DNA of 63,989 bases, counting the filler, from Hausera hauseri (lineage: Eukaryota), in assembly GCA_046269625.1 (NCBI GenBank). It is 11 parts of 11 records of this genome, joined end to end, with 100 filler letters (N's around TTAATTAATTAA, not from the genome) between each part and the next. Parts side by side here need not be neighbours in the genome. Positions count along the whole stretch, not along the records: positions 11,874 to 17,365 come from JBJURY010243294.1; positions 17,466 to 21,688 come from JBJURY010691438.1; positions 21,789 to 25,822 come from JBJURY010805198.1; 8 more parts are not named here. One strand, given 5' to 3'. The notes beneath the pieces are model-generated. The model made no database searches. It was not told where the DNA came from and was given only the letters and a program-made list of their open reading frames with translations. Positions 12,990 through 25,922 of the stretch are shown here, one piece after another. A program made the translations under genes and the position numbers. Each line of letters opens with the position of its first letter. Positions within the stretch are counted from its first letter, which is position 1.

Positions 12990-14064
12990 ACTTATTCGCT
13001 TTGGTGAATCTTCGGATTCTGGTTTTTGAAGTGCTGAAACCATCAACTTTTCTCCTGGATAGAAACATCTATGTCAAAGAATGACAATGCAATGAGATAT
13101 TCACTGAAGTACCAGAGGTGGCCACTAAACTTCCTTAGTGCACTTTCTGCTGTTTGTGAATCGAGCGAGAACAGTGTTTGCAGAAGCTTCAAATCATTTG
13201 CTGCGGCGATGGTTGAGAGCCGAGACAAGAACCACGATTTCAGGTAATCTGAACTCAAAATATGCAAAGTTCTGCCAAGCCTTTTTGTTCACTGTCGGTA
13301 AGCTTGAAGTCAGAATGTAGAAACAAGATTATCTTGTATGCATATATCAACTTGGCCATGAAGCGAGCTCGATGCAGTGCACCGGATTTGGTTTTGTGAA
13401 CACCACGAGGACGTTCAGCACCCAGAACCAGAATGGTTAGCTCAAGTAGTTATCTGTAATCATCATGGGTCTGAGTATTTTCCAACTGAGAGACTAAGAA
13501 ACTTAGCTTCTCCTTTGAAGTCGTGTACTGCGGCTGTTATTTGTGGGTCGTATGTTTAGCTCCAACCAGACTATCCTTCATATGATCCAGAAGATAAATA
13601 CCATCTTTGCTACGAGTTCCAAGAGCCATACCTATCAAACAAAGCAATTTAACAATCAGGTATGACTAATTTAAATCAATACAATATTTACTTTGTATCA
13701 AGCAAAATGTATTCAATGTTTGCTAGTTCTAGTAACCTATCTACTTCAGTGCCTACTGCATTTAGTATTACAAGTATAACTCACCGTACATTTATCAATG
13801 AAGTTAGATCTCCGCAACTAACAGCACCAAATAGTAAATCCAATGCTATAGCGAAGAAACTTAATCAACAAACAACTCACGATTATAATTCACTTGTTTG
13901 TTTATTACAAAATGGCGACAGGAACTGACCTTGATAGTGATATCATTGATGTCAACAGAACAAAGAAAAGTATGTAAGCTGTCAGTGATCAAATACTAAA
14001 AATAATCAACCGAAAACGAGATTTTCGTACAATATAAAAATGAAAACAACTTGAGCATACCCTA
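12990..14064 (-). mobile_element. Internally deleted hATm-like transposon fragment
   Basis: PGALHRARFMAKLIY, AAANDLKLLQ, KFSGHLWYFSE; minus-strand TAGGGTATG at about 14064 is a possible terminus. Confidence 0.65.
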
Positions 14065-14331
14065 AATATTACCCAAATTCAAAAATATTTCACAGGGACA
14101 CTTCTTTTATAGTGTAGCAACAGTCTGGAGGGTGAGAGTCAACATTTTTAAAACTTTAATTTTTTTCAATATTTAAGGGTGTATTGATTATTGTTTTATT
14201 GCAAATCGTAATATTCAGAATAAAATCATATAATGTGAAGTAATATAAAATAATTTAATAAATAATATGCATGGTTTATCAATTAAATTCTGAGATTTTT
14301 CGATTTTTAAAAAAACTTAATTTTCAACTTG

Positions 14332-17050
14332 TTAACCGTTGCATTACAATATTCAAGTTCTATTATTGCTTGTCATCAATATATCATTTTAGATATCGTT
14401 TTTTGCATTGTATTTAAATACTTGCTTTATATTCTTAAGTTTAATTGCCAGACCATATATCTTAGGAATTTTATTTAAATTATCTATGCATATCATAAAA
14501 TTGTGTAATTTTCTCCTACATATTACGATATGCGATAAAATAATAATAAATACACAATCTCGTTATAACTACACATTTATATTACACCCTGTTTATTCGA
14601 ATTTGGTCCGAAATTTAAACTTCTAATTTTGTGATAATCACCTGGTAAATATTAAAAAATCCTAATTTCTAAATTTAAATTTTCTGCCATGTGGCAATAT
14701 GGTCAAAAAAGCTCCACAAACGTTGTTAATTAAAATGAAAGTTGTTTCTTATTTATTTTTTGTCCCCCACGAATGCTTTCTTTATTACTATGGTCATGAC
14801 GTCATTATGACGTCTCTACCAGTTATCAACATCGATTAAAAGTCAAGAGAATCTTCAACGCAAAGGTAAACTTTACATCTATGTTTAAATGTGTGTGAGA
14901 ACTATTTTATGTGGAGCAGTTACCAATATACTTAAAAATTAATAATTTGTCATTAAACACAGTAAACACAATTTTGATATTTAATTTAGCTATGCGATAC
15001 GTCTGTCCGTATGTTGCCATGTGGCAACAATGGGCAACTGTATGTAATGACCTTACATGAATGGACAATTTATAATTTATGACTGTCAATATAATTTATA
15101 AGTCAACCTTTCTTGGCATTGATATGATTCTTGAAGAAATGGATGCTGATTTGGAGTTCAGAGTAACTCGTTCCGATTGACGCGTGCGACAATTGCTAGT
15201 GATTCCTGATGCGGATGTTTCTGATGCGGAAGTTGATTTGGATGATGATATTGCAACTGGGAACAATAAATGTCTACTTGATAAATCAGATATAGGCACG
15301 GATGATGACGATGTACCATTAGCAAATTATGTTCGTAGCAGCACAGATTAAGATGACGAAGTTCACTGATTCAATCTGAAAGTCGATTATCCTCTCAGAG
15401 GAACAAAAATAATCACAGTTTTCGTTGGTGTGAGATGAGTCAGCCGGTTATTGATACATTTTGGACTGATGTACTACCTCCTGGTACAGATGAAATAGAT
15501 ACTCCAATTAGTTACTTCGAGCAATTCTTGACAAATGAAATGAAACAGGTGATAGTCACCGAAACAAATGCCTATGCTGTTCAAAATGGTTCGAGTTTTA
15601 GAATAACTGTGCTAACTGTGGAGAAATATATCGGAATATTACTGCGAATGGGTATAGTATAGATTATACTGGTTATCAGACTTGGGATATAATGCTATTG
15701 CCGATTACACGAGTCGTATAGAATTTGATGATATTGATCGATTCATTCATTTCAATGAGAATACCAAAGTTGCAGCAAATCGAAAGGACCCGTCTTATGA
15801 TCCACTGCTCAAGATTCGACCACTCCCTGAGAATTTGTGTCATCAGTGTCTTCGGGTAGCTCCAGAACAGAGACAGTCCGTTGATGAACAGATTATTCCC
15901 TTTAAGGGTAAAAATAGACTTCGACATTATTTACACAATACGCCTAAGAGATGGGGCTTTAAAGTGTTGGCCAGATGTTGTAGACATACTGGTTTTACAC
16001 ACGACTGTTATATATGAAAGCAAAGCTCCACAACTGGCAGAAGGAAAAGGTGTTGACTATCAATATGTCAACTTCATCATTCTCTTATGCAAGACACTTC
16101 AGCAACAGAATAACTACATCATATATTTTGACAACTGATTCAACTTTCCAGAACTTAAGTTGAAACCGAAATATTTGGGCTTCCATTCAATTGGTACACT
16201 CAAATCAAACAGCTTCGAGGCTGCAAGCTGAAATCTGAAGCAGAATTACGCAAGAAGGGACGTGGGTCCTATGATGCAAAAGTGAATGCAAACAGTGGAC
16301 TGTATCATCCGACGGTTTGATAACTGTGCAGTTCAAATTCCATCGTCAAACGTTGGGATTGAACCTGTCAAGATGGTGAAACGATGGGATAGCAAAGCCA
16401 AGAAGTTTATTGAAGTGCAATGTCCATTTGTTGTGACCGAATACAACACAAACATGAGTCGACTGGACCTGTTTGACATGCTGGCTGCCATGTATCGTGT
16501 TGACAACAAGAGTCTCAAGTAGTACTGGAACGTTGCCCGTGTTAACAGCTGGATGCTGTACCGTCGAAACTGTAGTCAACTTGGTGTTCCAGAAAAAAGA
16601 CGTATTGAATCTTCTTAGATTTGTGACGAACGTATTACAAGCCTTGGTCATTGTCAACAAGCCAGGACCCACATTGCAGCGCAAGCATGGACGATCGTCC
16701 CTTGCACGAGCAGCAGACAATGAGGAACCAGACGTGGACAAGCCACGACAGAAAAGAGTTGTAATAGCTGCACCTTTGACAAGGGTTCGGCTTGACAGTA
16801 TTGGACATCTGCCACAGCATAAATCTGATAAAGGCCGCTGTCGACTGTGCAAAAAATCAATAATTCGTACTTCGTTTTTTCTTGTGCCTGACTGAAGATA
16901 AACAGTGCTACATTTACTATCATACAAAGCCATAAGTTGTAAGAATCAACAAATTAGCAGAATTGTTTTGCATAACTGTCATTGTTTTATTTTATGTTCA
17001 TTTGTTCATTATTTTGCGCATGTAAATAATGAAATTTAGTGTAACTTTAG
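14332..17050 (+). mobile_element. piggyBac transposon with degenerate transposase (about 15100-16935)
   Basis: TTAA-CCGTT at 14332; palindromic TGCCATGTGGCA repeats at about 14684 and 15015; SVDEQIIPFKG, KRWGFK, YFDN, EYNTNM..LDLFD, C-terminal DSIGH..RCRLC. Confidence 0.88.
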
Positions 17051-17054
17051 TGCC

Positions 17055-17360
17055 TTTAGTCACCGCTGCCATGGAACTTTTGCACTTCGCACATATTGAT
17101 CGCTGCACAGTGCAGTATTAATCGAATCGATCGGGATAAAGCGGTAATCGATAGTGCACATCGATTAGTACACAGTGCAGTGCACCCATGTGCCAATGGG
17201 TGCAAATGAATAATATCGATTTCCCAATAATTCCAATATTGATGATTAGCACATGGCACCGGGTGCAATTGATTGTAAAAACGGTGCAGTATACAAGTGT
17301 GTAATTGGAATTTAAATCTATCCAATCGATTTCGAATAATATTGATTCGAAAATTTATTG
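17055..17360 (-). repeat. Palindrome-rich repeat (copy 2, inverted)
   Basis: Reverse complement aligns with about 12560-12870. Confidence 0.7.
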
Positions 17361-17465
17361 AGGGANNNNNNNNNNNNNNNNNNNNNNNNNNNNNNNNNNN
17401 NNNNNNNNNTTAATTAATTAANNNNNNNNNNNNNNNNNNNNNNNNNNNNNNNNNNNNNNNNNNNN

Positions 17466-19400
17466 AACTAATACGGGTATATCTCAGCATTGCTGCCTAT
17501 CTCATCCCGGAAAGCGTAAAAAAATGAGATCCAAAGCATGGCTCTTCATCGTAACATCCCCGAAGATCTCAAAAACATCCGTCAGCAGCAGCACGTCCGT
17601 CTTTATGTATATATCACTGTATTTCCCTATTGTCCTGGACTGGAACGCATGCCAGACGTTCTGGGCATGCTGATAATCTTCATCACTGATATAGTTATCT
17701 GATAGGATATTGTAAACGTACTTCTTGGCTGGCAATGAGGTTTCATCCAGTGTTTCCCATGAGGTAATATAGTCATAGGGAAACACGCATTTTCTCTTGG
17801 CAAGGTCAAATGTAATGGGGTATAACCGCTTCGCCGCCTTGCGTTTTTTTGCAGGCAGGTTCTCACTAAACTGTCAAGTGAAGAAGATGTGAAACGGAAA
17901 CTGTCTACGAAGCGGCATCTGATTTTCCCAACATGCTTCGTAAAGTGACATGTTTTTCCTCATCATTAGGAATCACATCAATGTTTCCTTCAATGTTTTC
18001 CAATTCTCGGCCGATGAAGTGGGAATCATAGCCACTGAGGTTGTAGAACAATACAGGAACGTATGTACATATTTTGTAACGTAGATTGAAGTTGTTGCAG
18101 GCTACGCCTCGATATGTGACTGTAAAATGGCAGTGATCCCTGACTTTCAAATTTTCCGCTGTGAAGGACTTGTCGCACAAGTAACATGCTGTTGTCTTGC
18201 GCCATTCATCTTTTTGCTGCGTCGACATTCACTGCATCTGTATGCTGCTGAAACATGTTTTTAATTTTATGAGCTATATCTTCAAGTCGTTTCATGAACT
18301 GTGCTGCTGCGCCTGGATCTCTGAATAGAAATGGTTCACTTTCCAGTCCTTTAGAATACATGCAATACGATGAGAGCTCATGATATTGGAATGCTGTTGT
18401 TCTGCTGTATTGTGGATTAGGGCTGCAACTCTGAACTGGACGCAGGATTGCTTCAAAGTCGCAACAGATGCTTATTGGGACATTGGGCTTCTTCTCGAAC
18501 TTCTTAAATTCAATGTAGTCCTCCTTGGGAAATTCTAGCCTAATATAATAATTGTTATTGCAGTACATCTTACGCTCCTTCAGCTTCGCCACAGCTAACT
18601 TGCCACTGAAACAGGACAGACATCTTTTGCATTTTTCGAATTTTTCAATATGTTTCGTAATTTGGGATGTGGCTAGACGTTCAAAATTCTTTATCCAGAT
18701 GAAATGCCTCTTCAGCATCATCTAGTCAGAGAAGATCCCTATGGTGTTCGAATTCAGCATCACATATCTCCAGCGGATAGAATTTGTCCTCCTCATCCAA
18801 TCCCAAGATATTGATGGACATGTTGCAGATTGTCTCAAATTTTTTGACTTCACTATGGATGGAGAGAACTTGATACATTGGAAGTCATAGTTGTGCTGCA
18901 CATGCTTATATAGCCAAACTCGTGAAGCATGATTTTGATTCGTTACAAGTTTCAATAGAATGGCACACATGAAACACATATTGTCATTATTATGGACATT
19001 GACACACGCTTTTTATTAGCGATCCAATCAGGGAGCTGAATATATGAACTACCCCACGTGGGAGAGTACTTGTGAACATACACAATCAATCTCTTGATGG
19101 TTGCCAGAGTCCATCCGCTATTCTTATCCTGGCTGTCCCCTGCTTCACGGATCAGCTTGTCGTTCGCCTCTTGCATCCATTTTGCTATATTGGTGTTTTC
19201 CAATATGGGTCTCTTTTTGGTCTTGAAGGCCCTATTGGATTCTTCGTCATCAACATTGATGTATGTGGCTTCCAGTTTCATATTCACCTTAAAGAATTTG
19301 AACTCAGCCATGTTGTCCTAAAGAATCTCCTCTGTCTCTTCCCTTGTGTATAAGAGGAAATCTCAGAGGGTTGTTTGACCAGTTGCTTCAATAACATATC
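17466..19400 (-). pseudogene. Polinton PolB, N-terminal and exonuclease region, multiply frameshifted
   Basis: SGWTL..GSSYIQLP, CFMCAI, HFIWIKNFERL, CDFEAIL, CYLC..RDHCH..YRG, NLSGYDSHF, FPYDYI, YIKTDVLLLTDVFE. Confidence 0.92.
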
Positions 19401-19416
19401 TGCGGTATTTTTTCTT

Positions 19417-20130
19417 TTATGCTGCCGCATCAACTGGCCGCTGTCTTTGGCTTTTTGATAGAGGCGGTGCGTCTGATGTGGCCATACCTGATGTGGTTGC
19501 GCCTGATGCTGCTGCGCATGATGCGGCTGCGCGTTTCAGTTCTCTAATATACTTTGCGGCTGCTGCACCAGATCCAGAAACATAATGCGAGGCATAATAC
19601 TGCGAAGTATCATACTGCGAAGCACATGCATCAAAATTGTATTTCTCATTAAAGATGGCCTTCTTTGACTTTGATGCGAAGTGACTTAAATGATGTCCAT
19701 GATCATTATAGAACTGTATGTAATCTGCGTCGCATACAGTCTCACATCCTGGGCATATATAAAAGAGGATCCTATTGAATTTGTATCCATAATAACTCCT
19801 CATGGCATTATGACTGTTTTGAGGGTTGTGTATTGCACATGTGTAATACACGTATGAACTGCACCTTTGATTTTGCTTAGGCATAGAAGTCATTATTGGC
19901 ATAGTGGGATTGAATATTTGTTTTTTCGACTTGGTGAAGGGAATCAGGTGTTGTTTATGAGCATTGTAAAAGTCTTCATATTTGGTCTGGCACACTACGT
20001 CAAATGTAGGGCATATATAATACGCAGCCCTGTTGTATAGATGGCTGAACTATTTCTGCATAACGTTGTAGTAATTTCCAGTCTCGTGCATTTGAGCCAA
20101 GCACTGTTTGTATAGATTGCACATGTAAAA
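19417..20130 (-). CDS. Unknown Polinton-associated ORF with a duplicated Cys/His module, upstream of PolB
   Basis: YYICPTFDVVCQTKYEDFYNAHKQHL and FYICPGCETVCDADYIQFYNDHGHHL repeat; ORF 19417..19995 plus an upstream extension past a stop. Confidence 0.45.
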
Positions 20131-21039
20131 ACCAGCCAATTATTTGAGGAGCACAAATAAAAATCTCATTATTCGTGGAAGTGATTCTGAAAATAATGAA
20201 ACATATAGCAATATCAACGCATACTGCTTCATTTATGGATTTTTTAAATTTTCGAACATTCTAGAACACTTTGTTTTACTGCATCAAATAAATTAAATGC
20301 ATTTGGGCGCAAAATAGGTCTTAATACATAGGGAATCGATTAAAGCCATTAGATTCTTCGAATAATGCATACTTGACCAAATATTATCGAATTTTTCAAT
20401 GTATTATCCATTTCGAGACACTTGTAAATACTTTGCACACCTAATTTTTGGTCTACAGCGGTTTTCGGACATGGAGCATCCAATGGTATTATTCGAATAT
20501 TCGAATTCTATCAAAAAGTCGGCTTTGTTATTTAAGTCTCTTTTCGAATATCTGACGTCATATTCGGATTTTCCATATATGGATTTGTATCCCTCTACGT
20601 TTTTAGATTTTTTGATTTTTGCTTCTATTCGAATAGAAAATAAATTATTAGTAAAGTTCGACTTGTATTCGAGTTTTTGAATATCTGATGTCATAATCGG
20701 ATACAGTACATGTTAGTTTCTATTTGTGTACGCTTTTATATTTTTTGATTTCCACTTGCTTGTGTGTTAAAATCAACTTTATAGGTTTTATTGGTAAAAA
20801 AGTTATTAATGATTAAAGCACACTTGCACATGTGCGACTCATCTGAAAAGTGCTATATAGATGCATTAAGACATGAGGAATCGACTGGCGCTCTCAGATT
20901 TCTCAAAAATATTATGGGTGTCAAGATAATCGATACTATTCGGTGAAAATGGATGTTTATTCGAGTTGTGCACTGAATTTCGGAAATCTGAGATGAAAGA
21001 CCCGGGTTCCAATGTGGCACTTCCTGTCTGTTCCCGCTT

Positions 21040-21410
21040 AAACATTTGTCGAATTTTTGACTCCTTGGGACCTAAAAAAAGTATGGGAAATCTGCGTCAG
21101 TTGCACTTTGGATCGACATTATTCGAAACTGACTCAATCGATTTAAATTTTAATTGCACATTCACATAGTACATCGTATTTCCAATCGATTGCACCCAGT
21201 GCCATGTGCTAATCATAAATATTGGCAATAGCGGAAAACCGATATTATTGATTTTTGCACACTTGCATATGTGCTGCATACCTGCGCTGTGCACCGATCG
21301 ATGTGCACTAATATGCACAATCGATTAACACTTTGTCCCGATCTATTTGGTCAATTGTGCTATGTGCACTGATCGATTTGTGAAATGTGCAAAAATGTGC
21401 TTAGTAAAGA
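21040..21410 (+). repeat. Palindrome-rich repeat (copy 3), upstream of PolB
   Basis: Colinear with 12500-12870. Confidence 0.7.
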
Positions 21411-21788
21411 AGACTTTGCTTGGCAAAGTCGGGGGATCGAAATCATGAATATGACTTGGTTTCTTGTCGCTCATAATTCAAATTGAAGTCTAAAGAGTTT
21501 TAAAAAAGTATTTGTTTTTTGTCCAATATTTAAACAAATTAAAAATAAATAATATTTTTGCTTATTATTTATTTTTGCTGCTCCATTACTTTCCCCTCTC
21601 CTTTATGATCATTGTTCACTCTTTTCAACCATTCCACTCTTCTACGAATCATTCTACCATCTTCCATGTTTTTCAACTCCCACTGATGNNNNNNNNNNNN
21701 NNNNNNNNNNNNNNNNNNNNNNNNNNNNNNNNTTAATTAATTAANNNNNNNNNNNNNNNNNNNNNNNNNNNNNNNNNNNNNNNNNNNN

Positions 21789-24120
21789 TCAGAACACAAT
21801 ATTTGTGCCCATGCCTACGTAGATGTTTTTTAGTTGTCGTCCTTTTGGTATTATATCCTTGTCAGCAAATTCTATAATCTGCTAGATAATCCTATCTCTT
21901 CTTTGCTCAGTTGAGATTTTAATCGCTTTATCCATTATTAGGGCGCGTTGGCGTTTTATTATTTCTTCAAGCTGACTTTTCTTCCTAACAGTAATTGCGC
22001 TTGTTTTGGTCTTTTACCTTGATAGTGTATCGGCATTTACATGTTTACTTCCTTGCTTATATTAGAATTCGATAGTATATCTAGAGATTTCTTCGATCCA
22101 TCTGTTAAGCCTGCATGTTGGATTATTTTCTCGTCCTTTCAGGGTAGTGACGGCTTTATGATCAGTAACAATTATGATTTTCTGCCAATACACAAACGTT
22201 AAAATGTCGGAGCGCTTCTTTCACTGCTAGAGTTTCTAATTCAGTAACAAAGTAATTTTTTTCGGCCTTCTTCAAGGAACGTCCTCCATAAGCAATTTGG
22301 TGTTCTAATTCTTCATCTTCTCTTTTCTGTGCTAATTTATGTCCAATACCTTCCTAACTGTCGTCTGTCTTGATTATAAAGGGTAAGTTAAAGTCTGGGT
22401 ATCGTAAAACTGGTTCGCTTGTTAATATCTTCTTCATCTCATCAAAAGCTTTTTGTTCGACGTCTGTCCATTTCCATTTAATTCCTTTTTTAAGTAGGCG
22501 GTATAGAGGTGCATTAATTTTTGAATTATCTGGAACATAGGTTGCGTAATATCCGCAAAGTCATAGCCAGTGTCTTAATTCTTTTTGGTTTTGCGGTTCC
22601 ATGCGGTTTGATATTTTATTAAATAATGGTTTGTCTGGTCTCGATCCTCCTTCTCCAACTATATGGCCAAGGTAGGATACTGCGTTTTGAGCCCATTTAC
22701 ATTTCTTTGGATTTAATTTCAATCCGGCTTGTTCCAGTCTCATTAATGTGTGTTCGATATTTTTTAAGTGTTCCTCTTCTGTCCTTGATGCTACCATTAC
22801 GTCGTCTGGGTACGCAAATGCATGATCCAGTCTCATTAGTATTTTGTTCATCATTCTTGTAAATATGTTTGGTCCGGTGGTAATACCGAACGGCATGACG
22901 TTAAATTCATAGATACCATCGTTTGTTTTGAATGCTGTCTTATAACGATTACATTTTCAATTTCCACTTGCCAATATCCGGATTGTAAATCCAGAGTGGT
23001 AAACCATTTGGCTCCTGAGAGTCGATCTAAAGCCTCCTTTACTGACGGTAATGGGAAGGAATCTTTTATCATAAGATTATTTAAGGCTCTGTAGTCAATA
23101 CAAAATCAATGTTTTGTGGTACCTTTTTTCTTAACCATGAGGATTGGTGAATACCAAGATCTACAGCTGGGCCTAATTGTATCGGCCTTAAGCATTCGTT
23201 GGACTTCCTTCGTTATTTCAGGCCTTAGTGAATGTGGTGGAGGGTACCATTTCGGCATCTTCTTATCCTCAAAATCTATTTCTTCATTTGAACCAGGCTT
23301 TTTTTAAGCGGAATGGTCAGTTTTAACGCTTTCGCTCTACCGATATCTTCTTCGTCCTTAGCGATAGTCGATTTATAACGGCATAATAATTCATAAAATC
23401 GACAATAAGACTCAGGTGAAAACTTAATTTCAACGTGAGGTAAAAATTCGGCATACTTGTAAGACTTTTCTTCACTAGTTATTTACGATACTCTATACGT
23501 GTCTCCTAAAGTAGTATAAGCATGGAGTTTAATGGGAGTCTGCGTATTATTAGCTATTCTAATTGGCACTCGACAGGAGTGTACTTTTGTTAATATATTG
23601 CTGAGTAATATATTTAGATCTAATGTATCCCTTGGTTCAAAATATACTGGTTGATCGTCATCTTGCTGTATCTGGACACAAATTATCATTTTTGTTCTCG
23701 GTGGGATGTCTTCGTCTACAGGTATCCATACCTCTTCGAATTTTCTATATTTAGCGTTTTTCACACCTTTATTCGGTCTGATTTCTATCATCGTCCCCGT
23801 TTGTAGGTCAATTGCTATATTTGTCAACCTTTTTAGTAGATCGCATCCTAGAACTATGTCATTGGTTAATTGCTCAATAACTGCACATTCGTGATGGAAA
23901 AATTGTCCAACTATTTGAACTTCTGGATTCCATTTAAACATTTGTTTTGACAATTGACCAAAAGCTCCTGTACTTCCTGGATCTTTTGTAGACGGTGGAT
24001 ATATTTGTCTTCTCAGTGTTTGAAGTATTGAATCATTTTTGATGTAAGACATCTCGGATCCTGTATCGATTAAGGCCTAAACTTCCCAATCTTCAATAAT
24101 GATTTTGGCAAAGGATCTTC
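21789..24120 (-). mobile_element. Ty3/gypsy pol of family A2: PR, dUTPase-like segment, RT, RNase H
   Basis: ALIDTGSEMSYI (about 24065), IVLGCDLL, CIDYRALN, LDLQSGYWQV, MPFG, AYPDD (YLDD in the sister copy at about 50850), RH ELETLA..TDHKA. Confidence 0.92.
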
Positions 24121-24499
24121 TTTTTATTACTGTTCCGAAACAATTTAATGTATCCTTTGAGCGTTTCTCCGCAGATATTTTATGTCCATTGATTCGGATT
24201 TTGGGGAGGATACTACATTCTCCGACAACTGTCTTAATTCTTCGTTTGGATATAACTCGTTGTTTTCTATGTGCAATTCTGCCGTTTCGTGTGTACTAAC
24301 TAATGGTTCTCGATTGTTGGTGTGTAGTTTTGTATTTTGGAAGGTTTTTAACCTTGGGTTGTTCCAAATTGTTGATATAGTTTCTATGTTCCAAGGTTCT
24401 CTCGGAGATTAAAACATCTTGAGACCATCTGTGAATTGTTGGTAACACATTTTCCATAGGATTCCATAACGTTTCGTTCCTTCATAAGGTTCTTGTACG

Positions 24500-25822
24500 T
24501 TAATTGTTCATTTATAAATTTCCGTCTGATATGAACTTATTGATCGTTTGTCGCAGTCTTCATAGACTGGAGCGGTAGGAGGCAGCATAGGCAATGGCAC
24601 TTTAATGACAGAGTACGTTTTATGTCTGTTTATTCCTGAAAGTGCTTCTCCTCCCTTAGGCTTGTCATCATCTGAGTTATTTCTATGCGTATTCGTTTTT
24701 GTAAATTTCCGCTTCCGCAAGAATATAGGCCTTCCTCTTCGTTTACGATTATAATAACCGACATGGCGTACTATGTCCAATTTCCATCTGTTTTCTTCGT
24801 ATGCCTTTAAGAATTTTTCAAAGGGCGTTATGATCACCGTCAGTATTTTACATGAAAATCCAGTCAATGTAAATATTTCGTACCCATTTATTACTGCTTG
24901 GATGACTGCTTTAATCATTTATATGAGGAAATATATTGCTAAAAATCCGGATGCAGTTTGTCCGAAAATTAAAAATCTTCCCCAAATTTTGTAGAGTATC
25001 TCATTTAGCCTGATATATTGTATCATCTACTACAGAAGCCATGGCTCGGTTTGACTGGTGTGTTCGTTGTCGCGGAAAAGCGAGGAATTGCCTAAAGGCT
25101 TCGATTTCCTTGGACCTGTATATGCCTTTCGACGAGGTGTCTTGAAATTTATCGTCCGTAATTCCTTTTGCAAGGTTTGTTCCTGTTAATTTACTTGGGG
25201 CAGAAGTGATATCTCCATTTGGCAAATTAACCCAGTCTGTTTACTGCGTTTAAACATGGGTTTTCCTAAGCTTGCCTTACAATCTTTAAGGATGGTTGCT
25301 TGGGTCGCGTTATCTAGTAACACTCTCGTCAATGGTGTAGCTAACCTAGGAGTATTCTGATAAATAACAGAGAGTTCCTGAATGCAACGTTTTTCTTCCA
25401 CGTTGATGGGTACGTCTCTCTTTTCGCATTTATAGGTTAGCAATACTTCGCCTGTAACCCGACCGAAAATTCCCTCTCTCATGGGAATTATTGGAGGAGC
25501 CAATTCTGGGTTGGCATATATAAGAGCCGATTTAGTTCTCATAATTTCAGTATCTAATCTGCAGTCATTCATTATCATTTTGTAATACAATTCAGTTATT
25601 TCGACTTGCCCTTTGTAATAGAAGTATTAGTCTCTGTTCTTCAGGTAATCTTCAATTTGGATATTCTGTGTTTCTAGTTTGTAAGTTTTCGCATTTATTT
25701 CCGTTTCTGCAACGAAAATGCCTCATAGTTGGCAGCGAACATCACTACATCACAACAAGAGATCATTTCTTTTTAAATAAATTTCAGTCCGTGTTGATCC
25801 GAGTTCAATATAGTGGATGTAG
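24500..25822 (-). pseudogene. Chuvirus-like glycoprotein C-terminal half, TM and tail, upstream of PR (family A2)
   Basis: NDCRLD..YANPE..GIFGRVTGEVLLTYKC..RCIQELSV..ATPLTRVL, GIYRSKEIEAFRQFLAFP, IWGRFLIFGQTASGFLAIYF..INGYEIFTLTGFS; homologous to 1800-2800. Confidence 0.82.
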
Positions 25823-25922
25823 NNNNNNNNNNNNNNNNNNNNNNNNNNNNNNNNNNNNNNNNNNNNTTAATTAATTAANNNNNNNNNNNNNNNNNNNNNN
25901 NNNNNNNNNNNNNNNNNNNNNN

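Noticed and set aside
20399-20694. Overlapping 93/96-aa ORFs
   Set aside because: Lie in a TTCGAA-rich noncoding region with internal repeats; no protein motifs
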